Positions 37,099 through 38,926 of a stretch of DNA of 38,926 nucleotides are shown piece after piece; positions within the stretch are counted from its first letter, which is position 1, and each line of letters begins with the position of its first letter. The notes below the pieces were generated by a model that saw only the letters and a list, made by a program, of their open reading frames with translations, searched no databases and was not told the origin of the DNA. This stretch comes from a virus (taxonomy: Duplodnaviria; Caudoviricetes): positions 1-38,926 of IMG/VR virus record IMGVR_UViG_3300029822_001170. The stretch is one strand, 5' to 3'. A program made the translations under genes and the position numbers.

Positions 37099-37719
37099 TT
37101 AGATACTCATTTTTACAGTTTCTGTATCTAAATGAACTTGTTTTAACTCTATATCAGACAAATGCCGAACCGTATGCTTGACTAGCTCAATATCCTCTGG
37201 ATCTGCGTTTGTGCCGAAATAAATACTGGTGAGCTTACCTAAATAAGGATTAAGCTCACCTTTTTCATTTGGATCCTTACATATCATATAACATCTAATT
37301 TCCTCCTCATATTCCCAGTTTTTAAATTTTTGAGTTAAAAACTTTCCATTAGTATAGGCATTCAAAGATAGATGACCTGATGGAAGTCTCTCAACTGAGT
37401 CTAAAGTTGTTATAGAATTATCATACTTTATTGGTCGTAACTGCCTCTTAAGTTTTTCCCAGTCTATATCCCATTCCAAACAAACTCCTTTATGACCTTC
37501 TGCATAATGTGACCACATTAAAATATTATCCATATTTAAAGAAAAACAGCAAGCACATATTTCGGATAACATTTTTTTATAAGTATCTGTACCGGTTTTG
37601 TCAATATAAAAACATTCATGAGGATCGTTTAAGTACTGTATTTTAGAATACCAATTAGCTTGTATCCTTAAACTATTCAAGAGATTAATGTTAATAGCAT
37701 GGTATTTATATATTTTCAT
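37099..37719 (-). CDS. DUF2971-like protein (accessory, possibly defence-related)
   Basis: LNDPHE, CFS...NILMWSHYAEGHKGVCLE, K...WEYEEEIR, IYFG; own TATCTTTG promoter at 37748-37755 (minus strand). Confidence 0.85.
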   Translation of the reverse strand: MKIYKYHAININLLNSLRIQANWYSKIQYLNDPHECFYIDKTGTDTYKKMLSEICACCFSLNMDNILMWSHYAEGHKGVCLEWDIDWEKLKRQLRPIKYDNSITTLDSVERLPSGHLSLNAYTNGKFLTQKFKNWEYEEEIRCYMICKDPNEKGELNPYLGKLTSIYFGTNADPEDIELVKHTVRHLSDIELKQVHLDTETVKMSI

Positions 37720-37765
37720 TGATATATATATTAATTTGACAATTCAACAAAGATAATTCTTTTAC

Positions 37766-38926
37766 TTATAATCCAAACTTATCAAAACACTTCACTCCCT
37801 CCTGTTTTGATTCATCAAGAACATGGGCATATATCATTGTTTCACTCAATGAACTATGCCCTAAAATTTGTTGTAAAGCTGTGATATCTTTTGTTTTTGA
37901 AAGAAAATAAGTTGCATAAGTGTGCCTTCCGGACTTATGAGTTATATGTTTATTTATTTCAAGATCTTTAGTTATTTCTTTCAGAAATCTATTCATTGTT
38001 TGATCCGCCGGTAGGCCTTGAAATATTTTACCTTTTTTTCTGGTGCCAACAACATTATGCACAATCATTTTGAGTGGTTCTGAAAGCGGAATCACAATCG
38101 GTTCTGGTTTTGAATTTCTGTTTTTTACGCGATAATATACAAATGAATCATCGGAAAATTGTTCAAGTGTTATATTACGAGAATCTGTTACATGTAAAGA
38201 TGAAAAGCACATGAACAAGAAGAACTCCAGGGTGCGATGATATTTATCTTCAAGTACACCTGCCTTATATGCATCGACAAGTATTTTCAACTCATCTTCT
38301 GTAAGATAAGTGTAACTTGGAGTGCCACGCTTTAACTTGAAGTTTGCAAAAGGGTTTTCATCCATGTAACCCATTTTATAAGCTGCTAAAACATACTTTT
38401 TAAAGATTGTAAGATTCTTATGAACTGTATTGTCACAGTTTTTCAGATCCTTTTTCAGATAAATAAAGTATCTATTGAGCCAGTCTTCTGTGATATCATC
38501 GAAATGCAAGCTTGGCTGGAAGTCTTCAACTTTTTTAAGTACAGTTTTATGAGTGTAGTTTGTAGTAACCTCATTCCCGAAATTGATATTTCTTTTGTTT
38601 GCTTTAATGAATTCAAAGAATGTTGAGTAATCACTTGGGCGGTTGTAAGCACGCAGGAAAGCATCGCGAGTGAGTGTTTTATCCCTAAGTCGGTATTTGA
38701 CAAATACATCGTTAATCCTTGCACGGATATTTTCAATTATTCGATTCTTATCCGCATAATCGGGATCAGATCCCTTTACGATCATTTTCTTTTTATCCCA
38801 GTGTTTTTTCTCACATCTGACTTTTGAAGAGAAGTGCACTCTTTCGCTTTTCACATAAAAGCTAAACCAAACGATCCCTTCTGAGGATGATTTGTATTCG
38901 CGGAGGTAAATATTCAATTTCACCAT
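37766..38926 (-). CDS. tyrosine recombinase (arm-binding, SAM-like and catalytic domains) with a variant active site
   Basis: Bacteroidota integrase architecture; FSSLH245VTD, K331SGR334H, LGH357, Y366. Confidence 0.92.
   Translation of the reverse strand: MVKLNIYLREYKSSSEGIVWFSFYVKSERVHFSSKVRCEKKHWDKKKMIVKGSDPDYADKNRIIENIRARINDVFVKYRLRDKTLTRDAFLRAYNRPSDYSTFFEFIKANKRNINFGNEVTTNYTHKTVLKKVEDFQPSLHFDDITEDWLNRYFIYLKKDLKNCDNTVHKNLTIFKKYVLAAYKMGYMDENPFANFKLKRGTPSYTYLTEDELKILVDAYKAGVLEDKYHRTLEFFLFMCFSSLHVTDSRNITLEQFSDDSFVYYRVKNRNSKPEPIVIPLSEPLKMIVHNVVGTRKKGKIFQGLPADQTMNRFLKEITKDLEINKHITHKSGRHTYATYFLSKTKDITALQQILGHSSLSETMIYAHVLDESKQEGVKCFDKFGL

Larger units (their letters stand above)
1..38926. mobile_element. 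Temperate tailed phage / prophage of a Bacteroidota host (ends not visible)
   Basis: Terminase, portal, S49 protease, capsid, tape measure, amidase, tail spike and tyrosine recombinase all present; Bacteroidota-type TAnnTTTG promoters. Confidence 0.95.

Noticed and set aside
1-38926. attL/attR, CI repressor, tRNA or rRNA genes
   Set aside because: None recognisable. The window is cut at gene starts on both ends, so att sites and the repressor probably lie outside it.

Overview
The window is a near-complete temperate tailed phage (siphovirus-like prophage) of a Bacteroidota host, inferred from TAnnTTTG -7 promoters and AT-rich leaders. It starts at the ATG of a Cro-like gene and ends at the ATG of a tyrosine recombinase, and no CI-type repressor or att ends are visible. 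Gene order: early/replication genes (HTH proteins, replication-organiser-like pair, DUF4406-like, VapE-like ATPase, putative origin, putative late activator), S49 protease, major capsid, tail tube, terminase, accessory island 1 (HigBA-like TA), portal/neck/tape measure, accessory island 2 (antirepressor, lipoprotein, HIRAN protein, a small operon), lysis, distal tail, SGNH tail spike, DUF2971-like gene, recombinase. Highlights read from the sequence: (1) a 12-bp site TAGTTCAATTAG at codons 43-47 of the tail spike recurs as a head-to-head pair just downstream of the gene, near a tyrosine recombinase with a non-canonical active site, suggesting a receptor-binding-protein switch or exchange system; (2) a late-promoter motif GTCCTTTT-N19-(-7 box) with identical spacing before all four morphogenesis/lysis operons; (3) two copies of a structured 5' leader RNA heading unrelated accessory genes; (4) a C4-antisense-like switch controlling an operon that encodes a fusion of paralogues of two separate early genes. 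All family assignments come from motif recognition by eye; no searches were run.
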